Assembly (NCBI GenBank): GCA_964592225.1
Contig: CAZQCO010000008.1
Coordinates: 3-64,002, forward strand
Reading direction: 5' to 3'
Length of the DNA: 64,000 nt
Source of the DNA: an uncultured Bacteroidales bacterium
Lineage (GTDB): Bacteria > Bacteroidota > Bacteroidia > Bacteroidales > UBA10428
Positions 11,135 to 21,377 of this stretch are shown here, piece by piece. How positions within the stretch are numbered: the first letter of the stretch is position 1; every line of letters begins with the position of its first letter. The translations under genes and the position numbers were made by a program. Under the pieces are notes generated by a model, which saw only the letters and a program-made list of their open reading frames with translations, made no database searches and was not told the DNA's origin.

Positions 11135-11489
11135 CTTTACTTATAGTATCATAGGACATGTTACAATTACCGGTAAATTTTGATCCCGGTTCAATAGCTA
11201 GTCTTCTTGCACTTATATCTCCTAAAATTACAGAAGTCGATTTAAGCGATAGCAACTCTTGTACATTGATTTTACCTTCAACCTTCCCTTCTACATCAGA
11301 ATTTTTACAAAATACTTCACCTTTTACCAGACCGGTTGTACCAATTACCACCTTGCCTTTTGTGTGGAGGTTTCCGCTTAGGGTTCCGTCAATACGAATA
11401 TCGCCTGTAGAATCTACATTTCCTTTAATATTGGTTCCTGCTCCTATCAGGTTGATTGTGTTGTTTTCCGGTTCGATTATTTTTGCCAT
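11088..11489 (-). CDS. Bactofilin (polymer-forming cytoskeletal protein)
   Basis: Repetitive beta-helix pattern IGAGTNIKGNVDSTGDIRIDGTLSGNLHTKGKVVIGTTGLVKGEVFC...VEGKVEGKINV. Its 3' end overlaps the AtpZ-like ORF by 47 nt. Confidence 0.8.
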   Translation of the reverse strand: MAKIIEPENNTINLIGAGTNIKGNVDSTGDIRIDGTLSGNLHTKGKVVIGTTGLVKGEVFCKNSDVEGKVEGKINVQELLSLKSTSVILGDISARRLAIEPGSKFTGNCNMSYDTISKDAGQPVGQEDQKKLK

Positions 11490-11573
11490 TTCAGAAAGAT
11501 TATTTGCTTATATAACAATGAACGGTAAATATATGAAATATAGTAAGAAAGAGGAGTAGTTTTTTTAATCAAT

Positions 11574-11596
11574 TAGCCCGGTTTAAAGCCGGGCTA
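11574..11596 (-). terminator. Stem-loop downstream of fabH (8-bp GC-rich stem, 7-nt loop)
   Basis: TAGCCCGG-TTTAAAG-CCGGGCTA. A T-run follows only on the plus strand, so function is uncertain. Confidence 0.35.
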
Positions 11597-11658
11597 TAAT
11601 TTTCCAGGGTATTGAATAAATTGAATAATAAAAATTTCGTGTGACGATTTACAAATAG

Positions 11659-12657
11659 TTAATTTGTATCGTATGCCCATTTCAGATAAATGCTTCCCCA
11701 TGTAAAGCCTGCGCCAAAAGATGTCAGGATAACATCATCACCTTTTTTGAGCTTTTTTTCGAAATCCCAGAAACATAGGGGAATTGTTGCTGCCGTTGTA
11801 TTCCCATAACGATGAATATTAATTAATACCTGCTCTCTCTTGATACCCATTCGCTTGGCAACAGCTTCAATAATTCGCAGATTTGCCTGGTGAGGGACAA
11901 GCCATACATGCTCATTGTCTCCGATATTATTTCTTTTCATAATTTCAACCGAAATATCCGACATTTTAGCCACTGCAAATTTAAAGACTGTCTTTCCTTC
12001 CTGGTATACAAAATGTTCTTTATTATCGATTGATTCATGGGATGGTGGCCGTAAAGATCCACCGGCTTTCATATATAAAAATTCTTTTCCGCTTCCATCA
12101 TATCCAATAAGCCGATCCATAACACCATACTCTTCAGTTGTTGGTTCAATCAATACCGCTGCTGCAGCATCACCAAAAAGCGGACATGTTGTTCTGTCGG
12201 TGTAATCAGTAATTGACGACATCATATCGGCACCTACCAGGATGGCCTTCTTATACGATCCGGATTCTACCAGGCGGCTGACAAGTTCGATTCCGTATAT
12301 AAAACCTGAACAGGCTGCATTCAGATCGAAATTAAAAGCATTGATCAGGCCTGCTTTGTAGCCAGCCAAATTTGCGGCTGACGGGAAAGCCATATCAGCC
12401 GTAATAGTGGGAACAACCAGCAAGTCAATTTCTTCTGGAGCGGTATGGGTCTTTTCAAGCAACTGCCGAATAGCATTTGCAGCCAGATCGGAAGTAGCCT
12501 TACCTTTTTCTTTTAAAATTCTTCGTTCTTTGATACCCACCCGTTGTGTGATCCACTCATCGGAAGTATCTACCATATGACTTAATTCTTCATTAGTGAG
12601 AATATAATCCGGCACATAACCCCCAACACCTGTAATTGCTGCTCTAACTTTTGTCAT
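11659..12657 (-). CDS. fabH: 3-oxoacyl-ACP synthase III
   Basis: ITGVGGYVPDYILTNEEL..., active-site Cys in NAACSGF, His/Asn region HQANLRI...GNTTAATIP. Confidence 0.93.
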   Translation of the reverse strand: MTKVRAAITGVGGYVPDYILTNEELSHMVDTSDEWITQRVGIKERRILKEKGKATSDLAANAIRQLLEKTHTAPEEIDLLVVPTITADMAFPSAANLAGYKAGLINAFNFDLNAACSGFIYGIELVSRLVESGSYKKAILVGADMMSSITDYTDRTTCPLFGDAAAAVLIEPTTEEYGVMDRLIGYDGSGKEFLYMKAGGSLRPPSHESIDNKEHFVYQEGKTVFKFAVAKMSDISVEIMKRNNIGDNEHVWLVPHQANLRIIEAVAKRMGIKREQVLINIHRYGNTTAATIPLCFWDFEKKLKKGDDVILTSFGAGFTWGSIYLKWAYDTN

Positions 12658-13595
12658 TATTCAAAGGCTTGTATTATTTTTTCTGTAAGTTTTGATTCAA
12701 CTACATTAAAAGTATGCAGTATCATATTTTTAATTGCTCCCGGTCCTGAAATTCCATGACCAATAATGGCTGCGGCGTTAATTCCTAAAATCGGAGTTCC
12801 GCCATAGTTTTCATAGTTGAATTGATCGAAATATTCGTCTCTGATTTTTCGCTTACGTAATAAAATGTAAAAGGCTTCAACAGTTTTAAGTATTGTGTTA
12901 CCAACAAAACCGTCGCATATAATTACATCTATATCTTCACGAAACAGGTCCGTTCCTTCAATATTACCAATAAAATTAAAGTCGGTTGTACCTTTCATGG
13001 CCTGATGCGTAGCCTTAGTAAGCAGATTACCTTTTTCTTCCTCTGAACCGATATTGAATAATGCTACAGAGGGGTTATCTACACCATACACAAGCTCAGC
13101 ATATAACGAACCTATAATTCCATATTGATAGAGTACATCAGGTTTGCAGTCGGGATTAATCCCAACATCAAGCAAAAGGGTTGGAGTGCCTGAGTTTTTT
13201 GGTATTCCCGCTGTAATGCAAGGCCGTAATACTCCGGGTATCGATTTAACTACCTGCATGGCTCCAACCATCATCGCCCCGGTATTTCCGGCGCTAGCGT
13301 AGCCATCAATTTTTCCCGACTTCAGGTAAGAAAATCCCATCGGGATACTGGCACCGGGTTTAAGTGTGAAAGCTTTTGCAGGATATTCGTCCATACCAAT
13401 ACTTATGGTGGTATGCACTATTTCAAAATTTGAAGGATCAAAATCTTGTTTTTTACACAATTCGACAATTTTATTTTTATCGCCGAATAATACCAGGTTT
13501 ATTTTTGAGTGGAGTTCCTGAAAAGCTAAAATTGAGCCGTTGACAGTAGCTTCAGGAGCATAATCACCGCCCAGAATGTCAATACCAATTCTCAT
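12657..13595 (-). CDS. plsX: Phosphate acyltransferase PlsX
   Basis: MRIGIDILGGDYAP..., GFVGNTILKT block. TAATG 1-nt overlap with the fabH start. Confidence 0.92.
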   Translation of the reverse strand: MRIGIDILGGDYAPEATVNGSILAFQELHSKINLVLFGDKNKIVELCKKQDFDPSNFEIVHTTISIGMDEYPAKAFTLKPGASIPMGFSYLKSGKIDGYASAGNTGAMMVGAMQVVKSIPGVLRPCITAGIPKNSGTPTLLLDVGINPDCKPDVLYQYGIIGSLYAELVYGVDNPSVALFNIGSEEEKGNLLTKATHQAMKGTTDFNFIGNIEGTDLFREDIDVIICDGFVGNTILKTVEAFYILLRKRKIRDEYFDQFNYENYGGTPILGINAAAIIGHGISGPGAIKNMILHTFNVVESKLTEKIIQAFE

Positions 13596-13614
13596 CTAGA
13601 GTGGATGATTTAAA

Positions 13615-13800
13615 CTAATTCGCAGTTTCTTTTTCGATCGCTAATTTGCCTTTATAGTGTCCACATTCTGGACAAACCCTATGATATTGAACCGCAGTGC
13701 CACAATTCTGACAAGTGGCGACAGTTGGAGCAACAGCTTTATAGTGCGTACGTCTTTTATCTCTTCTTTGTTTTGATATCTTATGTTTAGGATGTGCCAT
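13615..13800 (-). CDS. rpmF: 50S ribosomal protein L32
   Basis: MAHPKHKISKQRRDKRRTH plus CxxC...CxxC zinc ribbon. Confidence 0.93.
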   Translation of the reverse strand: MAHPKHKISKQRRDKRRTHYKAVAPTVATCQNCGTAVQYHRVCPECGHYKGKLAIEKETAN

Positions 13801-13801
13801 C

Positions 13802-14341
13802 TCAATTATTATTATCGTTTAACAATTCTTTCAGTTTGTCCCATCGGGGATCTGTATCGCGTTTTTCTAACTCCTGGTTATAATGTGTTTCAAGTATACT
13901 TATCATTTCCCGATTACATTGTAATGTTCCATCGGGATTTTGGGGATGGATCCGTTGAATCGGTAAACATAGTCCTATACATTCAAAAAAATACTGCTTA
14001 AGGTCCAGTTCATATTCATTTGGATCCAAAATCCAGATTTCATCAGTGCCAGAAGAAGTATTCTTTCCAAATTTAACCAGTAAATCTCCTCTGAATTCTA
14101 TCGGAAAGTGAAAGTAATCGAGACAACGATCGCATTGTATTTCCAATTTACCGGAGATACAAGTATTCAGCGATAACAGGGAGCCTTTCTTCTCGAGCAG
14201 CACCTCTGCTGTAACCGATCCTTTGCGGGCTTCAAGCACTGTGAATTCATCAAAGAACTTTTTATCAAACGTAAATGAGAACTCGTGATTTCCCTCTTTA
14301 AGACCAGTGAAAGGGATAATATATTGATTCACAAGTTTCAC
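13802..14341 (-). CDS. DUF177/YceD-family protein (upstream partner of rpmF)
   Basis: 179 aa with CDRCLD motif, in the conserved position before rpmF-plsX-fabH. Confidence 0.8.
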   Translation of the reverse strand: MKLVNQYIIPFTGLKEGNHEFSFTFDKKFFDEFTVLEARKGSVTAEVLLEKKGSLLSLNTCISGKLEIQCDRCLDYFHFPIEFRGDLLVKFGKNTSSGTDEIWILDPNEYELDLKQYFFECIGLCLPIQRIHPQNPDGTLQCNREMISILETHYNQELEKRDTDPRWDKLKELLNDNNN

Positions 14342-14407
14342 TTGCGCCTGTTTTTTAATCGTGCAAAAGTAGAAATATTTATGAGAATAAAAAAAATTAT
14401 TAAGCAG

Positions 14408-14440
14408 TCATAAGCTCTGAGGTTCATGTTTGGCTTATGA
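14408..14440 (-). terminator. Possible terminator hairpin after the response regulator gene
   Basis: TCATAAGC-N17-GCTTATGA. A T-run lies about 10 nt further on the minus strand. Confidence 0.3.
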
Positions 14441-14451
14441 AAAAACTAAGC

Positions 14452-14832
14452 TTATATGGAAAAATGAGCTTCGATGGTATCAATGAGTGTATCGATAAAA
14501 TAGTTGTCTTTAATAACATATTTTATGGCACCCTCTTTAATAAATTCTGCAATGGTATTCCGGTCTTTTTCCCTGCTGAGAATAATTACAGGTATTTTTT
14601 CATTAAGTATATTTATTTTTTTCAGGGTATCAAGCCCCGACATTGAGGTTTCCTCATCCGATCCCAGATAATAATCCAACACTATAAGACGGGGATTTAA
14701 ATAGAGATTCTGAATGCAATCCTCACCTGAAAAATAAGACTTTACCTCAAATCCTTCACGACATTTAAAGGTATACTCCATTAAATTCAACATCATTTTA
14801 TCATCATCCACAAAAAAAATCAACTTATCCAT
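14452..14832 (-). CDS. Single-domain response regulator (REC only)
   Basis: Acidic pocket FFVDDD, phospho-acceptor Asp in LIVLDYYL, conserved Ser (IILS) and Lys (IKYVIK). ATG at 14832 is preferred over TTG at 14838. Confidence 0.75.
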   Translation of the reverse strand: MDKLIFFVDDDKMMLNLMEYTFKCREGFEVKSYFSGEDCIQNLYLNPRLIVLDYYLGSDEETSMSGLDTLKKINILNEKIPVIILSREKDRNTIAEFIKEGAIKYVIKDNYFIDTLIDTIEAHFSI

Positions 14833-15210
14833 TAGCAAGTAAAAAGAAGTTTTTGGTTATTCGCATTTATTTATACGGCAGGTAATATAAAAGTTACATA
14901 ACCTATGACGTTTTAGTGCTATTATTTTATCAAATATATTTATTATGCGATAAAAGAAAATGCCCAAATTTTAAATAACACCCAAAATTAATAACGCTAA
15001 TATATTAAACTCAATTTGAATTTAGATTTAAAAAGGCTATAAATTATAGTAAAATTACGATCAGATAGGGTTAATATACTTTGGTGAAAAAATTGAAAGT
15101 TTATGATAATTAAAATATTGATGATTATCCTACGAATGTAATGTGAAATATTTTCTTTGCTGGTTTCTTCAATTTGGCTAACTTTATTTCAAGACGATAT
15201 AAAAATATAA

Positions 15211-16758
<1,548 letters not shown>

Positions 16759-16769
16759 AACCAAAGGAA

Positions 16770-17009
16770 GTGAAGCTTGAGATTCTGACACCGGATAAAA
16801 ATATTTATAAAGGGGATGTAAGTTCGATTAGTGTTCCCGGTACAAAAGGAGCGTTTACCATTTTGCATAATCACGCACCCATTATATCTACACTTGGCAA
16901 AGGTCAGATCAAAATTATTCCTGAACACGCCAAATCAGAAACCTTCAGCATTGAGGGAGGAATAATAGAAGTAAAAAAAAATAAAATAATTATTCTGGCC
17001 GATTTATAA
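16770..17009 (+). CDS. atpC: F0F1 ATP synthase subunit epsilon, short form (beta-sandwich domain only)
   Basis: 79 aa with a GTG start, immediately after atpD. KLEILTPDKNIYKGDV...VPGTKGAFTILHNHAP matches the epsilon N-terminal domain. There is no C-terminal helical hairpin. Confidence 0.8.
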   Translation: MKLEILTPDKNIYKGDVSSISVPGTKGAFTILHNHAPIISTLGKGQIKIIPEHAKSETFSIEGGIIEVKKNKIIILADL

Positions 17010-17039
17010 ATAATACGTAGTGTCTCAAAATATATTTTC

Positions 17040-17774
17040 ATGGTCCGGATACCTGCTATTACTCTCTTTTTTGCCTTGTTTTTGTCGCATATTTCAGCAC
17101 AGCAAAAAGTATCGTTCTATTCAGAGGATAGCCTGAAAATTACTGCCGATCTTTATTTAAAAGATTACAAATTACCCTTTATCTTGCTATTTCATCAAGG
17201 GGCATCGAGCCGTGGTGAGTTTTCCGAAATAGCAGTAAGGCTTATGAAATTGGATTACAATTGTCTTGCTGTTGATCTGAGAGTAGGAGAGAAAATGAAT
17301 TATGTTGTTAATGAAACAGCTTTTAGAGCAAAAGAAGGCAAATACTCCCATACTTTTTTTGATGCACAAAAAGATATTAAAGCAACCTTGGCGTATATTA
17401 GAAAATTTAATAACAAAGAAGTCATACTATTTGGTAGTTCATTCTCAGCTTCACTTTGCCTGATTGAGGCAGCTAAAAATCCAGATATAAAGGCTGTGAT
17501 AGCCTTTAGCCCAGGAGAATTTTTCCGACCTGAAGTAACGGTAAAAGATAGTATTGCAGACTTGAGAATCCCACTGTTTATTTATGCAACTTCTATGGAA
17601 TTTGAATTTGTACAACAAATGATATCAGACATTCCTGACAATTATAAAAAGGTTTATACCCCGTTAAAAAGCAGAGGGGAGCATGGTGCCAAAACCCTTT
17701 CCCAAACCAGCGATTCTTCAGACGAATGTTGGTTTGAATTACTACTTTTTTTCAAAAAAATCCGTTATAATTGA
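17040..17774 (+). CDS. Secreted alpha/beta-fold hydrolase (dienelactone-hydrolase-like)
   Basis: Signal peptide. Nucleophile-elbow-like LFGSSFSAS and a late GEHG His. Family assignment is approximate. Confidence 0.55.
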   Translation: MVRIPAITLFFALFLSHISAQQKVSFYSEDSLKITADLYLKDYKLPFILLFHQGASSRGEFSEIAVRLMKLDYNCLAVDLRVGEKMNYVVNETAFRAKEGKYSHTFFDAQKDIKATLAYIRKFNNKEVILFGSSFSASLCLIEAAKNPDIKAVIAFSPGEFFRPEVTVKDSIADLRIPLFIYATSMEFEFVQQMISDIPDNYKKVYTPLKSRGEHGAKTLSQTSDSSDECWFELLLFFKKIRYN

Positions 17775-17795
17775 TACAGCAAACAGATCAGTATC

Positions 17796-18791
17796 ATGGT
17801 TAAATTCCTGATTGTACGATTTAGTTCAATAGGAGATATAATTCTTACAACTCCTGTGGTGCGGTGTTTAAAAAATCAGGTTGCCGAAGCAGAAATACAC
17901 TATTTAACTAAGAGCCGCTATGCCCAGATTGTGACTACCAATCCGTATATCGACAGGGTACATGTATTAAATAACAATTTAAGGGAATTAGTTAAAGATT
18001 TGAAACAGGAGAAGTTCGATTATATAATTGATCTACACAAAAATATCAGGACATTATTTGTCAAAACTTCACTAAACAGAGAATCTTTTTCTTTCAATAA
18101 GCTGAATCTGAAGAAATGGTTGCTGGTTAACTTTAAATGGAATATCCTGCCTGAGGAACATATTGTCGACAGATATATGGCAACTCTGCACATGTTTGCG
18201 ATCACTAACGATGGGAAGGGCCTGGATTATTTCATACCTCTTTCCAATGAAGTAGATTTGGCAAAGTTTATACTAAAAAAACCCGAAAAGCTTATAGTCA
18301 TTGTCGTTGGTGGCGGACACTTTACCAAACAAATTCCTGTAGAGAAAATTACTGAACTGATAAATCATCTGAAATACACTATTGTTCTTATTGGCGGGAT
18401 GATAGATAGTGAGAAGGCTAAGAAGATTATGTCTGAAACAGATAAAAAGAACGTATTTAATCTGGTTGGAAAATTGAGTCTTGGTGAATCAGCATCTCTG
18501 ATCAGCCAATCTGATATTATTGTTACTCCCGATACTGGAATGATGCACATTGCAGCTGCATTTAACAGGCACATTGTATCAGTATGGGGAAATACTGTAC
18601 CTGAATTTGGCATGTATCCTTATAAACCCGGATCAGCTTCGAAAATAGTTGAGATTAAGGGTCTGAATTGCCGACCTTGTTCCAAAATTGGTTTCTCAGC
18701 CTGTCCGAAAAAACATTTCAATTGCATGCAGAAGCATAATGTTAAAAATATCGCAGATTATATTAACAGTACATTAATCAGCTTTCATTAG
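17796..18791 (+). CDS. Glycosyltransferase family 9 (heptosyltransferase-like)
   Basis: MVKFLIVRFSSIGDIILTTPVVRCLK N-terminus and TPDTGMMHIAAAF block are typical of GT9. Confidence 0.8.
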   Translation: MVKFLIVRFSSIGDIILTTPVVRCLKNQVAEAEIHYLTKSRYAQIVTTNPYIDRVHVLNNNLRELVKDLKQEKFDYIIDLHKNIRTLFVKTSLNRESFSFNKLNLKKWLLVNFKWNILPEEHIVDRYMATLHMFAITNDGKGLDYFIPLSNEVDLAKFILKKPEKLIVIVVGGGHFTKQIPVEKITELINHLKYTIVLIGGMIDSEKAKKIMSETDKKNVFNLVGKLSLGESASLISQSDIIVTPDTGMMHIAAAFNRHIVSVWGNTVPEFGMYPYKPGSASKIVEIKGLNCRPCSKIGFSACPKKHFNCMQKHNVKNIADYINSTLISFH

Positions 18792-18960
18792 TAACTTTTC
18801 CTGGCTATTGAGCGTAGAATCGATTTACTTAAGTTTTAGTAGTGTGTAAACAGTGATAACTTTCACTTACTTTTTTATATCTTTAACTAAGAAATTTATT
18901 TCTTTATACAATCTTTACATTCATACAGAGTTATTTAAAGAAATTATTTATATCAATTAA

Positions 18961-20865
18961 ATGGCTGGTATAAGAGTATTATTAGGTTTATTCCCGAAAA
19001 CTGGCGATTACGAAAGCAAGCGAAACCAACTGGAAAGCGAGTACAAATCACTTCTGGCTTTTAAAGGTTCGAAGGAACTTAGAAAGTATCATGAGTTGGA
19101 AGAAAATGTACTATCGGAAGAATTTTTAAAGAAGAAAAAAGAAATATTCTCACTTCGTTTCAAGCAAACTGAGGATTATCAGAAAGAAAGAGATTTTCTT
19201 TCCCTTAAAAATTCCCGCGACATAAAGTTATTTTATAAAATTAAAGAATCGCAGGAACTAAAGTCTTTCCAGTCTTTCGAAAAGTCTGGAGAACTCAAAG
19301 ATTATCTGAGTCTTGAAAAATTTATTAACTCAGAGGAATTTGCTACAGTTAAACAAGAAACATTGCTCTCTCCAAAACAAAAGTTTGCAAAATCTGATTT
19401 GCACAAAACTCTACAGCAGTACGAACAATTAAATAATGACCACCGGATAAAAGCCTATTTTCAGTTTATAAATAACAAAGCCTTCAGCAGTTTTCAGTCC
19501 TTTAAAATGTCTGATCAATTAGAGCATTTTAAAAAGTTGGAGAAAGAAGTTAATTCATCGGCTTTTCTTAATAAAGTAGCTTCGATGAAGAAGGTTGACT
19601 ATAAAGTATCGGCTGAAAGGCGAATGTTTGATGAATACAGGGTTATTAAAAAATCGAAAGATTATAAAAACTATGTTAAGCTTTCACAATCCTCATTAAG
19701 ACATCACTACGATGAACTTCATGATTCTGATGAATTGGAAGTATTCACTGATTTAAAAACTTTTATTTTATCAGATGATTTTAAACGTCAGAGGAAAGAA
19801 ATTGAAACTACGAACTTTAAGGATACTGATGAATACAAAAAACTTCAAAAATATCAGGATCTTAAAAAGTCCGAGAAATTCAGGTTTTATTATAAGTTTA
19901 AAGAGTCAAAAGGATATAAAAATTACCTCAATCTTAATAATTCGGACCGGATTACAAATTTTGAAACCCTAAGAGATTATATTGACAGCGATGATTTTAA
20001 AAGATTTAAAGCTTATTGCTTAAAAACTCCAAAGAAACGTTGGACTGAATCGAAAGAATACGAAATTTTACAGGAATTCGAGACTTTGAAAAGGTCGGAA
20101 AAAATTGTCTGGTATTTTAAAAATATCGATTCAAAGAAATTTGCCTGGTACCGGCAATGGGATGAAACTTTTCTCGAAGATTTTTCTACGGCGAAAATCG
20201 ATACCAAGAAATGGCTTACTAAGTATTACTGGGGTAATAAAATGCTGAAGGATAGTTACTCACTCAGTCACGATAAACATTTTGTTACGGATGGTAAAAA
20301 CCTGAACCTTGAAAACGGAAAGTTACATATTGTAACCAGAAAAGAAACCGTTGAAGGTAAATCGTGGCATCCTACCATGGGATTTATAACACGTGAATTT
20401 GCGTATACTTCAGGACTGATTTCAACAGGAGAAAGTTACAGACAAAAATATGGTACTTTCGAAGCAAAAATCAAACTTAATGAAGCTAAAGATATTCAGA
20501 ATGCCTTTTGGATGGTAGGGAATACCATGCTGCCACATATTGATATTGCAAAGGCTGGGAAGAAATTGATTGTTGGAAATGCATGGGGAAATTCCCACGA
20601 TATAAAATCGACACAACGATTTTCTGATTCTCTTGGCCGGAATCGCTTTTCCAAAGATTATTTTATCTATACGCTCGAATGGTTGCCGGGCAAATTAACA
20701 TGGAAAATTAATGGGGTTGAAATAAACAGCACGACTAAAGGTGTTCCTGAGGAGCCTATGTATTTGGTTTTAAGTGCAGGAGTGCAGAAAGAGGTAAGTA
20801 GTCTGTTGCCAGCTTCTTTTGAAATTGACTGGGTTCGTTGTTATCAGACAAATAACGGAAAATAA
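18961..20865 (+). CDS. Repeat protein with a C-terminal GH16/concanavalin-like domain lacking the catalytic Glu pair
   Basis: The C-terminal ~230 aa carry GH16 blocks (NAFWMVG, YTLEWLPGKLTWKINGVEI, MYLVLSAGV). The ExDxxE position reads HIDIAK (20536..20553). The N-terminal ~400 aa are Lys-rich repeats. Confidence 0.7.
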   Translation: MAGIRVLLGLFPKTGDYESKRNQLESEYKSLLAFKGSKELRKYHELEENVLSEEFLKKKKEIFSLRFKQTEDYQKERDFLSLKNSRDIKLFYKIKESQELKSFQSFEKSGELKDYLSLEKFINSEEFATVKQETLLSPKQKFAKSDLHKTLQQYEQLNNDHRIKAYFQFINNKAFSSFQSFKMSDQLEHFKKLEKEVNSSAFLNKVASMKKVDYKVSAERRMFDEYRVIKKSKDYKNYVKLSQSSLRHHYDELHDSDELEVFTDLKTFILSDDFKRQRKEIETTNFKDTDEYKKLQKYQDLKKSEKFRFYYKFKESKGYKNYLNLNNSDRITNFETLRDYIDSDDFKRFKAYCLKTPKKRWTESKEYEILQEFETLKRSEKIVWYFKNIDSKKFAWYRQWDETFLEDFSTAKIDTKKWLTKYYWGNKMLKDSYSLSHDKHFVTDGKNLNLENGKLHIVTRKETVEGKSWHPTMGFITREFAYTSGLISTGESYRQKYGTFEAKIKLNEAKDIQNAFWMVGNTMLPHIDIAKAGKKLIVGNAWGNSHDIKSTQRFSDSLGRNRFSKDYFIYTLEWLPGKLTWKINGVEINSTTKGVPEEPMYLVLSAGVQKEVSSLLPASFEIDWVRCYQTNNGK

Positions 20866-21327
20866 CATCTCCCGAATTTAACAGTATCCAGGAAAATTAT
20901 TTTTCAAAATAGTCAGTTTAAATTAGCGGAGTTGTTAAAGCATTTTCGAGTAAATCCTCATTCCCGAAGATCCTGTGAATTCTCATTTCAAATTTATAAT
21001 CGTGAATAAATCCATCCGCAAGAATTAAACCGGTAAAATTATCGTTATTGAATTTCATAGTTTTCAGCATTTGATTTGTCGTAAAAATAAGCTGCAGGAG
21101 TTAATTAATTATTATCTCAGGATTAAGGTTTTATGTTGTTTAGACGAGATATCAACAGGTTATTAACAATAGTTATTACTGATGTTAATATCTAAAGAAT
21201 AGGTAAATTAAAATCTAACTTATTGATAGTTAATTTTTTATATAAATCTTACTGAATACATTAATTTCTGTAAGCCACACTTATTATCAAGAATTTATAC
21301 TGATTCAGGCATTTATCAAAATCGTTA

Positions 21328-21368
21328 TATTTGCCTGACCGACATTTATAGAAAGATACAGGCAAATA
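21328..21368. promoter_or_regulatory. 10-bp perfect inverted repeat TATTTGCCTG-N21-CAGGCAAATA upstream of the ThiF-like gene
   Basis: Read directly. The left arm overlaps a TAnnTTTG-type box (TATATTTG, 21326..21333). A third partial copy, TCAGGCA, lies at 21305..21311. The right arm ends 10 nt before the ATG. Confidence 0.35.
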
Positions 21369-21377
21369 AACCGATTT

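Noticed and set aside
11158-11559. A 133-aa plus-strand ORF.
   Set aside because: It is antisense to the bactofilin gene. Its Pro/Ser/Thr-rich translation mirrors the Gly/Val/Thr-rich repeat on the other strand.
20918-21058. A 46-codon minus-strand ORF (MKFNNDNFTGLILADGFIHDYKFEMRIHRIFGNEDLLENALTTPLI) in the long spacer.
   Set aside because: No family was recognised and there is no evident promoter box. It does not end in Gly-Gly, so it is not an obvious ubiquitin-like partner for the E1. It could be a small protein, but support is insufficient.
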